The notes beneath the pieces were generated by a model that saw nothing but the letters and a program-made list of their open reading frames with translations, searched no databases and was not told the origin of the DNA. Shown in pieces: positions 24,210 through 35,966 of a stretch of 64,000 nt of DNA. The translations under genes and the position numbers were made by a program. Within the stretch, counting starts at the first letter, position 1. Every line of letters begins with the position of its first letter. The stretch is taken from the NCBI RefSeq assembly GCF_032191835.1, contig NC_083229.1:35960001-36024000 (forward strand). Direction: 5' to 3'. The stretch is from Heteronotia binoei. Taxonomy: Eukaryota.

Positions 24210-25992
24210 GTGGTGTTCAAGTTTTGTAAACAAAATAATACATAAATAATTATGATTATCTTCTTAAATTGTTAATTACTAGTTCAATTAGATATGGTCC
24301 AATGATTTTTCATCCTAATATTAAAAAAGGATCTGATTGACTTTCTTCTTTTTGTAGCTGTACCAAAAGAACATCATACTATATTTAACATAAGAGTGAA
24401 AGGCTTGATTAGTAGCCAAAAGGAATCCTGCTGCATATAAAGACTCAGTACATAGACACTATGGCCTTGAAATAACATATATGTATAACAAAGCCAAATA
24501 TTTCTGTATTTCAGAAGAGCTTACTTGCCCCATGCAGCAATAGTAAGCCACACACTTTAAAAATTACAAATATTAGAAATTATAAACATCTCAACAACAG
24601 ATGAATTCCTGTTCATCCTGTTCTATTCGATAAGGCAAGAGCAAATAAGAAAGAACACAATCCAACAAAGGTTTTTACATTTCCAAATGTTTTTTAGTAT
24701 ATGGTAACAAACTAAAATTCATACTTCAGGAATCTTCCAAGTACAGATCTTGGAGATACTACCTCTAATTCTAGTGAAACCGCTGGGGATCATTGTTTCA
24801 AGTACTAAAGATTTTTTTAAAAAACAGCTTGGTCATTAAAAAAACACAAATTATATATTTCTCAGCACTCAAAACCACAGGAGGGTCAGAATGTTGGAAC
24901 ACAGAGATTCATCATGTCAACAAACTTTGCTCAGAGCTGCAAGAACAACCAGACCTACAAAAGATCAATAAACATCAAGAGACCACAGCAAATTATTTGG
25001 CCAGATTAAGAATTTCTAAAGCAAATCTGCTACTTTGTCTAAGTAATAAATCGTAGCTCATTGCTGCTGTCTGCAAGGTAGTGTTTTGCCTTATCTACTT
25101 TTTCTGCCTGATTCAAAAACCAATGTATATTCCAATATGCATATATGTATGATTCTGCAGTTATTTCAACAGAGACTGAATTAAATTACTGATGTGTTCT
25201 TTGCTGAAATAAATGGGGAAACCATTCTGAGGTGGAGAAGGGAATAGAAGGCTGCTGAATAACAGAATGCTGTTGCTTAAATCAGGACTTATAGGTTTAG
25301 GTTCCTATTCTAGAGAATGAAACAACATTCAGGTTTTTATAGACAGCCTCCTATACCTAAAAGACACAAGCCATCAAGGCATGCCATGATATCTCCCAAA
25401 TGAAGGAGAGGAGGAAACATGCTACTTCCACAGACCTCAAGGAAAGGACAGTGTTAGTGGTTGAAATCCCTTTGTTTAATGCTTATTTGTTTAATATTAT
25501 GCTAATTCTATTAGTTAAACACAGTCACAGTGAAATAAATAGAATGAGTTTGTGCACATCGGGAATTGTTCAGAGACTTCCAGAATGGTTTAATGGCATA
25601 ACATGATCTCCCAGGACAGCGATGGTGGGAACCTGTCCATTAAAAGAAAATTTTATTACCTTGAACTACTGAAAGTGGGTCTAAGTTTCCAATTCTGTGC
25701 ATGGCATTCTTGCCCAGTACTGTTAGAAATGGCTGCTGTAGCTAACTACACAATCATGCTGAACACACAGAGACAGAAATAGTAATTCTAGCAACTTAAA
25801 CATTATATACTCATCTCCAATTCAATACTTAATGAAGTGCAGTCCCATCCATGTAAAGACATAGTTTAATTAAGAGAGGGAAGAAATTATGACAGCAAAA
25901 ACTTTAATCTATTGTTACCTGCTATTTTCCATTATATGTATTTTACTGCAAACAACAACAAAGTAATTGAGTTTGAACAAATGTTTACATAC

Positions 25993-26105
25993 TGAAAGTT
26001 GTCCAGACAAGAACTGTGGAACATCCCTCAACATGCCAGGACTCATGGGAGAGGTGACGGAAATAGAAGGCCGGTCCATTTTTTGAGATTCAAAAGAGCT
26101 AGAAC
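25993..26105 (-). CDS. RIMS2: RIMS2 exon (113 nt, phase 1 to 0); (S)SSSFESQKMDRPSISVTSPMSPGMLRDVPQFLSGQLS
   Basis: atacttttag|GTTCTAGC...CTTTCA|gtatgt; 2+111 nt open; PDZ-C2A linker of RIM2. Confidence 0.95.
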
Positions 26106-26544
26106 CTAAAAGTATAATTAAATGTATTTTTTAAAGATATTTTTATACATTCTGCAGCTCTATATTCTGATTTCATAAAGAGACAGAAATACAGTAAATA
26201 AGAAGAAATTCTTGAATGAACCTTAGTTTCAAAAAAAGAGAATTACATATGTTTTTATTTTATTTTATGCCCAATGGGACTGATTAGCAATGAATGACTA
26301 AATGATGACTAAAGGACTGCTGTGCAATTTCAATGGCACTGAAAGACAATTATATGCTGTCCTTCTAGAAGAAAATAGCTTAGTTCTTTTATCAATCTTA
26401 TTAAAATTATGCAATTCAAATATTTGTCTCTGGATATTTGAATTGGCAGAACTAAGGTTTCTCACAATGCCATCATAAGCAGAGTCACACCTTTGGACAT
26501 AGAAGACAGTCTAAGTAACAGGTGCTATTAAATTACACAATAAT

Positions 26545-27067
26545 ATCTCTCAGGAATAGCGTCCTGAAAGGGTGACTCCCGCTGCCTCCTCTCCCATCCA
26601 GGAAGTAGGGAGGGAAGGAGTCAGTGGCAGTGGGGGCGCCCTTTCAGGATGCTATTCCTGAGAGATGGTGAGCACAGCCCTGCGGTGCGGTTTTACCCGT
26701 GACTCCAGTGTTCGGCCGGGGAGGGGGGGCTTTAGAGAGCCAGAACACAGCGCTAGAGCCGATTCCGGCGATGAAATTGGCATGGGGGGTGGGAAAGGGT
26801 CTGAAGGGAGGGAGAAGGCAGAGGCATGGCAGGGAGGCATGGGGAGGTGCAGAGATGCGGCAGGGAGGGGGGAGGCATGGAGTCGCGGGGGGAGGCGAAG
26901 GGTGGGAAGGGAATGGAGGGGCGGCCAGCGGTGGGCAGCTGGGGAGAAAGGCAAACTAGTTGATTGCCTGGGGCACCAGGAGGAGGGTGGGGAGCCCAAT
27001 TTTGCGACCCCACCCTCCCAGTGACCTAGGCAGCTGCCTAGTTTGCCTAACGGGAGGGCCGGGTCTA
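26545..27067. mobile_element. GC-rich non-autonomous DNA-element-like repeat with a leading 28-bp inverted repeat and a G-rich strand
   Basis: Inverted repeat 26545-26572/26639-26666; the end ctaggcagctgcctagtttgcctaacgggagggccgg resembles hAT MITE termini; no TSD confirmed. Confidence 0.45.
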
Positions 27068-28153
27068 AAAAAATAAACTTCCAAAACAATTCTGTCTTTG
27101 ATAAAAGAAGACTGAAATGGAAAACTGAAGACTGAAATGGAGTTAGTCCTCTCTTAGCGGAATCACAAGGAAAAACCACAGTTTTCTCAAAGGATCTGAA
27201 CTACTCAATTAAAAAAATCACTATTCTTAAAGGATTTAAACTACCACCACCTTGAAGGTTCCCCCCACCCAAAAAAAAACAGACTGTGGAAAGCATTGTA
27301 AACCTTCTCTCACTAATGGGAGTACCTAATTGGGAGCAGATCTTGACAATGAGTTACTGCTTGTCAACACATCATTAAGGTTGAGTATTTGAAATTATTC
27401 TGGTTTACAGTGGTTTACGTCCTGTTCTTTCATGAGAGATCATAATAATGAAGAGAGATATTGGCATACAGGTTATGTGACTTTTGCTTGCACTGTTTAT
27501 GAAAATCTATTCATGATATTTATATAAAGAAGTTATTTAATTATTACTTAGTAAGTGTTCATGGTTGTATACTTTTGTATTTTTGTGACCTCTGGATGAA
27601 ATGGTAGCTTCAAATTGTGAATGTTATGACATCACATCCCTGCTGAGGTTCCTCCCTTTTCTAAACTCCACCTTCAAACCTCCAGGAATTTCGCAACCCA
27701 GAGTTCGCAGTTCTTACCCCCCATATATCATACAGTGAAAGACTGTCAAAAGGCCACATTGCAAATCACTAAGAATATCTGTTTGGCATAGTTATTTCCT
27801 TAAAATATAAATACTGATTTTTAAAATCATACTCATAGCTTTATACAATGAAAATGTCATAAAAAGAATTTTATTTAACAGTATTTTATAACATTTTTTA
27901 AAAAACTTACAACAATAAAAAGTAGACTTGATAACTATCCAATTTCTACCCACTAGGCTAAAAAATAAGGAACAGTATAAATGTTAAACTACTGTTAATT
28001 CTAATATATTTTTTCCAGACTTCCGATAATATATTTACATACATTACATATTGAGAAGCTGATAAGGCACATACAAGAACAGTATCCAGGGAAGTGTCAA
28101 AGCAAACATGGTGTTCAGATATTCTATATTCTATGCAGAAAAATAAAACTTAC

Positions 28154-28200
28154 TGGACTCCAATTGTGCATGTGTGCTATCTGGTATTCTGGGGATATCT
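28154..28200 (-). CDS. RIMS2: RIMS2 exon (47 nt, phase 2 to 1); (G)DIPRIPDSTHAQLES(S)
   Basis: ttttttacaattgcag|AGATATCCCC...GAGTCCA|gtaagt; the peptide is visible at the end of ORF 28131-28358. Confidence 0.95.
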
Positions 28201-29254
28201 CTGCAATTGTAAAAAACAAAAAAGGAAAAGGTTTTAATAAGTAATAATACATTTTTGTTACCATAGAATAATATAAAATAAATAGGGAACATCACAAAGC
28301 AAAATCTGCAGAAATCCCATTTTGTTCCAGTGGTTTGGATCTTGTGTGTCCACTCCATCCTCCCAAATGGGAGTCCTTGTTATAGTGGAATAAAACTTTT
28401 TCCAGCTGAAGAAGTCTGATCAATCCAAGGAATGTTTCCTCAGCAGTAAAAATTAGTAGAACCCAACCCTATAAAAATGCACCAGAATCAGACATAGTAT
28501 TATAAAAATTAGCCAAATAATTGTAAAGATATAGTTATATTAACAGCAATCAGAGGATCTTTAGATTATGCATATCTCTCATTGTACACCACCACATCCT
28601 GAATTACATGGTCCGACAAATGGTCCACTGACATTTGACAAAATGTTGACCTCCAAGCACACACGTTGACACACAAAATGTTGACACACACACACAGAGG
28701 AACCTGAAACTGTCCAATTACAAGAAAGTCTTATTCCTACTGGGTTCTTCACGGAAGACATCCAAGTTAGCTGGATGTGAGCAACTTTATCTGTATAATA
28801 TTTTACCTCCTTTCAACAGCCATTCCAAATACATTCCAATAGTTTAATATAATTCAAGTGTGCATGAATTTCACTTAATTCAACAAACATCAACTATACT
28901 TAGCTTTCTCTGGATCATCTTGCAGAACATTACATCTACGTCTGTTAAACAATGTATTTGGGGTAAAATGAAAAAATGCATTTCAGGAAAAGGCTGAAGA
29001 ACCATTTTCCCAACCAGTGCCTTCTTACAAGCGTCCTCATCCATGAAATAATAGTAATAATAATAATAATAATAATAATAGGTGTATAATAATAGGTGTA
29101 GTTATAATAATAGGTGTAGTTATATTAGAGGTTGCTGTCCCTAATGTTTTAAATGGTTTAAATGTCTTACAATTTTAAATATTTTATAATTTTAAATGTA
29201 TTAATTAATTTTAACTGTTTTATGCTTAAATGTTACTATGTGAAATCGTGTGCT

Positions 29255-29325
29255 GTGAGCCGCCCTGAGCCACTTGTTGGGAAGGGCGGGATATAAATCA
29301 AATAAATAAATAAATAAATAAATAA
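29255..29325 (+). repeat. Isolated L2 3' terminal stem-loop with microsatellite tail (also at about 23120, 31005, 32120, 33250, 42615)
   Basis: Recurrent CCGCCCT...AGGGCGG stem followed by atataaat and (TAAA)n; these are heavily truncated L2 copies or L2-tailed SINEs. Confidence 0.8.
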
Positions 29326-29329
29326 TGTT

Positions 29330-30300
29330 AAACAAAGGTGGATGGCATCGATGCTGTTTCATATATGTCATCCAGTGCCAAGCAAAACAAGAAAGCTCCA
29401 GAAGAAGATTGGATTCTGGTGGAATGTACTTTGTTGTCAACAGAACAAGACATACTAGCTGCACAATATGCTGTCTTGATCATGTTAGTCACCCACACAG
29501 ATATTGAGGTGGTGCCACCTTCCTTTTATTAACCGCTTTGAAACAAATAAACAGGTGTTTGTCTTTTCTAAACTTCTCTGTACATTTTAAATAAAAGAGA
29601 AGTGTTCATCTGACATCTAGGGTTTGCAGAATTTGTTCAGCAGAGGAATTAGGGGAAGGAAAGAAAACTGGCAGAACTATATCTTGGTTGATATGAAATC
29701 TAGAAACCACTTTGGGTAATAAGTCAAGGTTAGGCCTCAGAACAACCTTGTCTGCATGATATTTGGTGGAGAATGGATCACATCTCAAGGCAGTCAACTC
29801 TCCCACCCTATGTGTGGAGGTGATTTTCACTAGAAAGTGGTTTTATAGGAAAGAAATGACAATTCAGATGTTGCCATAGATTCAGAAGGTTTATGAATTA
29901 ATTTGGATAAAACAAATTGAGGGAGGGGACAAGTAGAAGGAGGGTACAAGTTACATAAATCCTTAAGGAATTTCTGGGATTCTGGAGCATCAACCTGCCA
30001 TCTGGGCTATTTTGGCTCCAAACTCCTCATATTTCTTAAATGTCCATTAGTCCATCAGTACTTACAACAGGAAGCAGTGATGGAGAAATGAAAGGCTCAT
30101 TATTTACTCATGGCAGCAAAAGGGAATTGAAGAAAGAGTGCTTACCCCTACCCCTGTCATGTGGCCCTTTGGGCAGGAAAAGGGATACAATAAGACCAGG
30201 GTGAGGAGGAGCACTCTAGGCAGATCTTTATAAAGCTTGTTAGCTCTTGCTCTGCTGGCCTGTGATTGCACAGTCCCATGTGGGACTGTACAGAAGCTAC
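29330..30300 (-). mobile_element. DIRS-type retrotransposon fossil (tyrosine recombinase)
   Basis: Minus frames give KFLKDL..LYPP, ITSTHRVGELTAL..DKVVLRPN..LPKVVSRFHINQDIVLPVFFP..LDVR, and WVTNMIKTAY..KVHSTR..LDDIYETA, i.e. the DIRS YR domain with the HSTR motif. Confidence 0.85.
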
Positions 30301-30705
30301 AATAATTAAATATTTGCTGTCAAATACACACAGATGAAGATGAAAGGATGACTGTAGAAAAGCTATCAGTGGGAAAAGTCAGTCTAAAGTTTTGGTATAA
30401 CTCAAGAAATAGCTATGAAACCAGTCAAAGGGCTATTTGCCCCCCTCCCATTTTTTGTGAAATGGAAGTCTTCAGATCAAAAGGTGGATTCAGCATATGA
30501 ATCTTGATATAGTGAGTAAAAGTAATAAAACTTACATCATATTTGGAGACAATGGGGGACAATGAGAAATGAATTAATATGAAGAGAGAAGAGGCAGCTG
30601 AGGTAAGAAAACTTGTGTGGATACAACATGCAATTATTAGAAGTTTAAAAATATAGTATGCCTATTTTAAGCCATTTAGGCAAAGAAATTCTTACAAAAA
30701 CTCAC

Positions 30706-30829
30706 CCAATTGGCCTTGAGACTACAAGTTCCACTTGTGGCTCTGGTTTAGATTCGAGAATAATATTGTACACTTCTTCAAAGGTGGCTCCTTGCAAAAG
30801 CCTTCCATTCCATTCTAATACTTCATCAC
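30706..30829 (-). CDS. RIMS2: RIMS2 exon (124 nt, phase 1 to 2); (G)DEVLEWNGRLLQGATFEEVYNIILESKPEPQVELVVSRPI(G), end of PDZ
   Basis: gtcttttgttgcag|GTGATGAA...CCAATTGG|gtgagt; open frame; classic GDEVLEWNG PDZ motif; phases match both neighbours. Confidence 0.97.
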
Positions 30830-32922
30830 CTGCAACAAAAGACATAACAGCCTGGTTAGAAAGGAAAAGTAGTCGTACAAACTGTGTTTTAGCTAGCCTT
30901 CTTCCTAGATTGCACAGTTAATGTTTTTAAGGTTTTAAATGTTTTAAATATTTTAAATGCTTATATATTTAAATACTTGTTTAATTTTATGTTTGACTAT
31001 TTGTTGTGAGCCGCCCTGAGCCACTTTCGTGGGAAGGGCAGGCTATAAATCATAAATAAATAAATAAATAATAAAAAATTAATATAAAATTGTGCATGTC
31101 ATCAAATTGCAGCCAACTTAAGGTGACCCTGTAGGGTTTTCAAGGCAAGTGATTAAGCAAAGGTGGTTTGATCACCTTCTTCTGCAAATTCTTCTTTTGT
31201 GGTCTCCCATCCAAATACTGACCCTGCTTAGCTTCTAAAATCGGATTAGATTGGGCTAATTTTCTTTCACAGCCTCCTATAAATGGTGCAAATTAATTCA
31301 AAAGACTGAATTAATTTTTTAAAAGGCTGAATTAACAGGTCCCAAAAATAAGCGTCTTCGGGCAGAATATACCAACAGGTGCTTTGTGAGTAGCCAATCA
31401 AACTAGAGAATGGTTAAAGAGCATTCAGGTAAAAAAAATTAAGTTAAAACCTAAAAAAAATACTTTGAGACTTGAAGGAAGAAGTAAAAGTTAATTGCTG
31501 AATTTAGACACTTGGGATTTTTATCTTGTGGGATAAATTCTTATTTCAGAAAAATATAACTGAACATAAGCACTTTTTGTGTGCATAAAAAGTTTGTTTG
31601 GTTCCCATGCAACATGCACTTAAGAGTCAAGTCAAAAACATCAGGAATGCTTTCCAAGAAAATGTGAGATTTAAATAAAGAGATAAGCTTAATAACTGAG
31701 AATAGTTTCCCTCCCCGCTTCTTTCTTAGCTGTTACTATTTAAAAAAACCCCACAAAAAACCCACAATGTTACAGAAAATCACCACCACCCAGTTCAATT
31801 TGTAACTGGGTTCCACAAACTAAGCTACCCAGCTGCCCACTCCCCCCCCAAATGTACTATTCATGAAATTTAGAAACCCCATAATGTTCCCAATGACATT
31901 GATAATTTTGAACTCCCACATTTTGCTTAATCCCAAATCCCCTTCCTTCTGTTGCAACTATGTCAGAAAGAGATTTCTTGCTTCCTCATCCCACCTCTAT
32001 TCTTGGCAGCTTGAATCCTATATAGAAATTACCTATTTTTCCTTTTCTCATTTTCAGGAAGGAAAGGGAGGTGGTAGAGCTGTGGTAGGTAGGACAGGGT
32101 GAATATAAGAAGGTGGTGTCTGATTTATTTATTTATTTATTTTTATTTTATGATTTTTATCCCGCCCTTCCCAACAAGTGGCTCTGGGCGGCTTTGTCTT
32201 AGCTTTGTCTTCTCAGTTAAATGTTATTCGTTACAGCCTAATTAATTTGTTCGTCATTCAATTAATCACAATCACGTTCTATATAATTTAATTTTAAAAT
32301 TATATCCTCAAGAGGGGATGTTCCCCATTAATTGCAATGTGAAATCGATATAAATTCCTTTCCATGTATTGGATTTTGTTATATTTCTGTTCCCCATCTG
32401 GTCATGCATCTCAAAATAAATTCTGAAAACAGATCTCATCCAGAAAATGAAAAACACACATGCATGAAAAAGATCTATGTGTGAATCCATGGCCACTGGG
32501 CAAAGGACAGTGATTGGCACTGCGACTATGTAGTTTATAAATGCAAACAGTGCTGCTTAATCTTTTAACAAGTCCTTGTTAGCACTGGAACACTAACAGT
32601 GTCATTTTACAGAATTACATTATTCTAAACCTATTGAAGTCTATGGTCTTTGAAGAGGCTTAACTCTGAGATTGCACTGTAAATTTCTCATTCTAATTCT
32701 TATTACAAGTTCTGATTCAATGAGTGAATTAAATGAAATTATTCATGTCTGAGTTTTTGGGAGCACTGCAAATTCAAAGCAAAGCTGAAATTCTTTTGCA
32801 GGAAATGAGATTATCCACCAACAAACAATCTCGGTAACCTAGTTTACATTCTGAAATGTTGTAAATACCCTTCCCCCCACATAAGATTTAACTCTCAAAT
32901 ATATCTGATATTTCTCTCATAC

Positions 32923-33022
32923 CCGGTCTAAGGTGTCCCACAGTATCAGCTAAACTTCCTTTTTTAACTTTGGTGATAAATGCGCAGAGCCGGCCTGATT
33001 CAGTCATTTTTCCTCCTACAAC
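32923..33022 (-). CDS. RIMS2: RIMS2 exon (100 nt, phase 0 to 1); VVGGKMTESGRLCAFITKVKKGSLADTVGHLRP(G), PDZ
   Basis: ttttactaacag|GTTGTAGGA...AGACCGG|gtatga. Not in the ORF track; translated by hand. RIM PDZ core. Confidence 0.96.
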
Positions 33023-33929
33023 CTGTTAGTAAAAGGAAAATAACAGCAATCAACATTTTTAAAGGGTAACAAGTACTTTTTTTCATATCAGAAATGGTCA
33101 ACAGGCCATAGTGAAGTGTAACACATGTACTATGAACAGATGCTATATGAAAAATTTCCCTGTACTGAAAATAGGCCAGTCAATTTTCCTAAGTCCTCAT
33201 GAAAATTTTCTAGAGCAGTATTTTGAAAATCACTGGGTTCCACAAAACAATTTATTTATTTATTTATTTATTTGAGATTTATATCCCGCCCTTCCCACGA
33301 ATGGCTCAGGGCGGCTTCCAACAATTTAATCAAACATAAAATTTAAACAATATTAAGTATAAAACAATTAAATATTTAAACAGTTAAAACTTTAAAACAG
33401 AATATTGCCTCAGCCCAGCAATCTGTTCAATATAACTCTAAAAATGCACAAACTGCCTAAGCCTTCAATTCTTTCCACATGCATTCCTTTGAATGTGAAA
33501 TAATCATTTGTACTTAGAAGATCTCTGTTGTATACAAGCACCACATATTTCTGGACTAGGACAATTTTTATGTATTCATATAAAAGCAATATAGTTAAAT
33601 GATGACTGCTAACAGTCTCCTTAACCATGCTTAACTTAAAGGTGCAGGAATGCTGGCATGATCCAATTCAGGGACTGCTAAAGACATTTTGCTGCCCTAA
33701 AGACCTTCCTTCTGTGCCACCACTTTGCCTTTGAAGCCTCTATGGAATGAAGCATGCTAGCATCCCTGCACCTTTAAGATAAGCATTGATAAAGAGACAT
33801 CTTTGAGCCAAGGAAAAGGCAGAAGTGCCATTCTACAAAGTTTACTACTAGACCTGAGAGCACCTTGAAATTCTGACACAGGGCGATGGGCACAATCACA
33901 AACTGACTGCCACAGAAGATACAGCTAAT

Positions 33930-34134
33930 CAGAGCTGTTTTTGAGCAGGAACGCACAGGAACACAGTTCCGGACGGCTTGGTGTCCGGGGTGTGTGGCCT
34001 AATATGCAAATGAGTTCTTGCAGGACTTTTTTGCAAAAAAGCTCTGTGTGGAACAATGATTATGTCAGGGGGTGTGGCTCAATACGCAAATGAGTTCCTG
34101 CTGGGGGGGGGGGGTTCTACTAAAAAAAACCCTG
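33930..34134. mobile_element. 205-bp hAT MITE with near-perfect 8-bp TSD
   Basis: cagctaat|CAGAG...CCCTG|tagctaat; internal duplicated module gggtgtggc..aat(a/ac)gcaaatgagttc. Confidence 0.75.
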
Positions 34135-35846
34135 TAGCTAATCATAAAATGGCTGCCACAGAAAGCCAAACCAACCACAAATTGTCAAGGACCACAGTTA
34201 TATGTAACAGTGCCACTTCAGCATTTCAGGCATAAGTTCTGTTTAACACGATACCTTTTCATCTGCCCATCCAATGAGATCTCCAACAGCCTATCAGAAG
34301 CTATGCTGGGTAAAGCCCCACCAGCCTGCACTCGCTTTCTGAAAACATTTGGTGAGCTCTAGAAAAGGTTTTGTTGGTTGCCACTGGGGACCCCTGTACT
34401 AAACTGAGGCAAATCTTTACCTTGCCTATCAGATGCTGCTAAACCCATCAACCAAGCCAGTACTATAGCATGCGAGCAAGGGAAAACCAGCCAGCACAGT
34501 TCATGATTGCTACAGTCATTGCCAGGTTGCAGCCCCCTAATAAGCTCATTTTCTACAGCAGTCTATGGTTTCCCTCTTCCTATAGTTCCAGCCCAGGTCC
34601 ATAGTTTTGTCTGCACAGCCAAATCATGCAAAGGGGCAGCCCTGCTAGTGGATAGTAGCAAAAAAAAAAAAAACTTTTGTTGTCTTTTCCTTAATTTCTC
34701 TTCCTCTTTTCCACACTTTTTTCTTCCGCCATTTTGCTTTCTTCCTTTCATGATCTGCATTCATTCCTCTCCACTTTTAATGCCCCTCCTCCCTATTTTT
34801 CTGTCTTGGTTTCAACGCCTTTTCATCCATCCTGCTTGGCAAATTAGAACACAACTAACAGCAGTATAGCAGCTACCATTTGTTAATTTTATGAACAGAG
34901 AGGAGAGTTAGTATATCCCCATAATCTATCAAAGTAGTAAAACAGTGTTCCCTGCTTCCACCCATTACATTTGCCTTAGTGGTTATGAGGAATAGAAGTT
35001 AGAACTTAGCCTAGCTTTCATTGGAAATAGCAGAGCAAAGGGGCTGCCTGGGATAAGTTCTGGGCCAGGATGTTGATTTCTTTTTCTTTCTTTTTTTTCT
35101 GGAACTCCCTCAATGCATGGTAACAGCCAGCCAAGTTTTTTTTTATTATAATATTTTATTTTGATCAGAGTCCTATGGGGTGGCCCAGATAGAATTTTTG
35201 TCCAGGGGCACATGGTGGCAGCCCTGAGTGTAATGTTAATTCCAGCACAAAATGTGGAATGTCAGTTGTGGGATGAGACTTGGAGGGAGGGTGTCTATCA
35301 GACAACTGGACGTTTGAGTGAAGCTGTGTATCTGTGTGGTTGTATTTTTATGATTTGTTGTAAGGAAAAAGTTAGAATCTAGGAAGGTAAGAAGGAGTAA
35401 ACCATGGCTGGTTTCTACACTGACAGATTTCAGCTTCTTTACCCTCACAGTGTCATCAACCAATCATAAATGACCTGCAGTGCAATCTTGTGCAGTTGGT
35501 GACCCAGGAAAGCTTCACCCTTCAGCTGCTGAGATAGCAGTTGCATTTTTAAGCAGAAGGACAGAGAAGCTGTAGCCAAGATTTGTTAAACCAAACCAGG
35601 TTTGAATGATCATCCCTGAGAGGAATCCTAGTTTCACAAACTAATAGTTAAAAATCAACTATAGTTTTAGTTAAAATAAATCATAGTTTTGTGTTGCATC
35701 TGAATCAAGCTATTATGTACAATCTGAAAATAACAATTTTAAAGGTTTTATATAAAAAGTTGATATATGAATCAGTCTTCCGGGTTGCATTCAATGGCCA
35801 GAATCAAACTGGAAAAGAAATGCATACTAAAAACACAATTACTAAC

Positions 35847-35966
35847 CTTCAGTCCAAGCATTGCTCCTGAGTCTCTAGGCACACTTCCATCTTTTAGTCG
35901 TTTGTTTAACAAAATCCGGCCAATTAAACGGTCTCCATCTTTGGACGGCTGCCATGTCACAGGATG
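35847..35966 (-). CDS. RIMS2: RIMS2 exon (120 nt, phase 0 to 0); HPVTWQPSKDGDRLIGRILLNKRLKDGSVPRDSGAMLGLK, start of PDZ
   Basis: tag|CATCCT...CTGAAG|gttagt, exactly 40 codons; characteristic RIM1/2 PDZ N-terminus. Confidence 0.96.

Noticed and set aside
24725-24770. Exon-like segment ending in a gtatga donor
   Set aside because: Immediate stop in the required phase 0 and a poor acceptor.
26652-27179. Overlapping 86-175 aa ORFs in GC-rich sequence
   Set aside because: Low-complexity Pro/Gly-rich translations of a repeat, open by composition.
28579-28761. Cys-rich ORF resembling a RING or metal-binding domain
   Set aside because: The cysteines come from (TG)n-rich and locally duplicated sequence; there is no proper ligand spacing or splice support.
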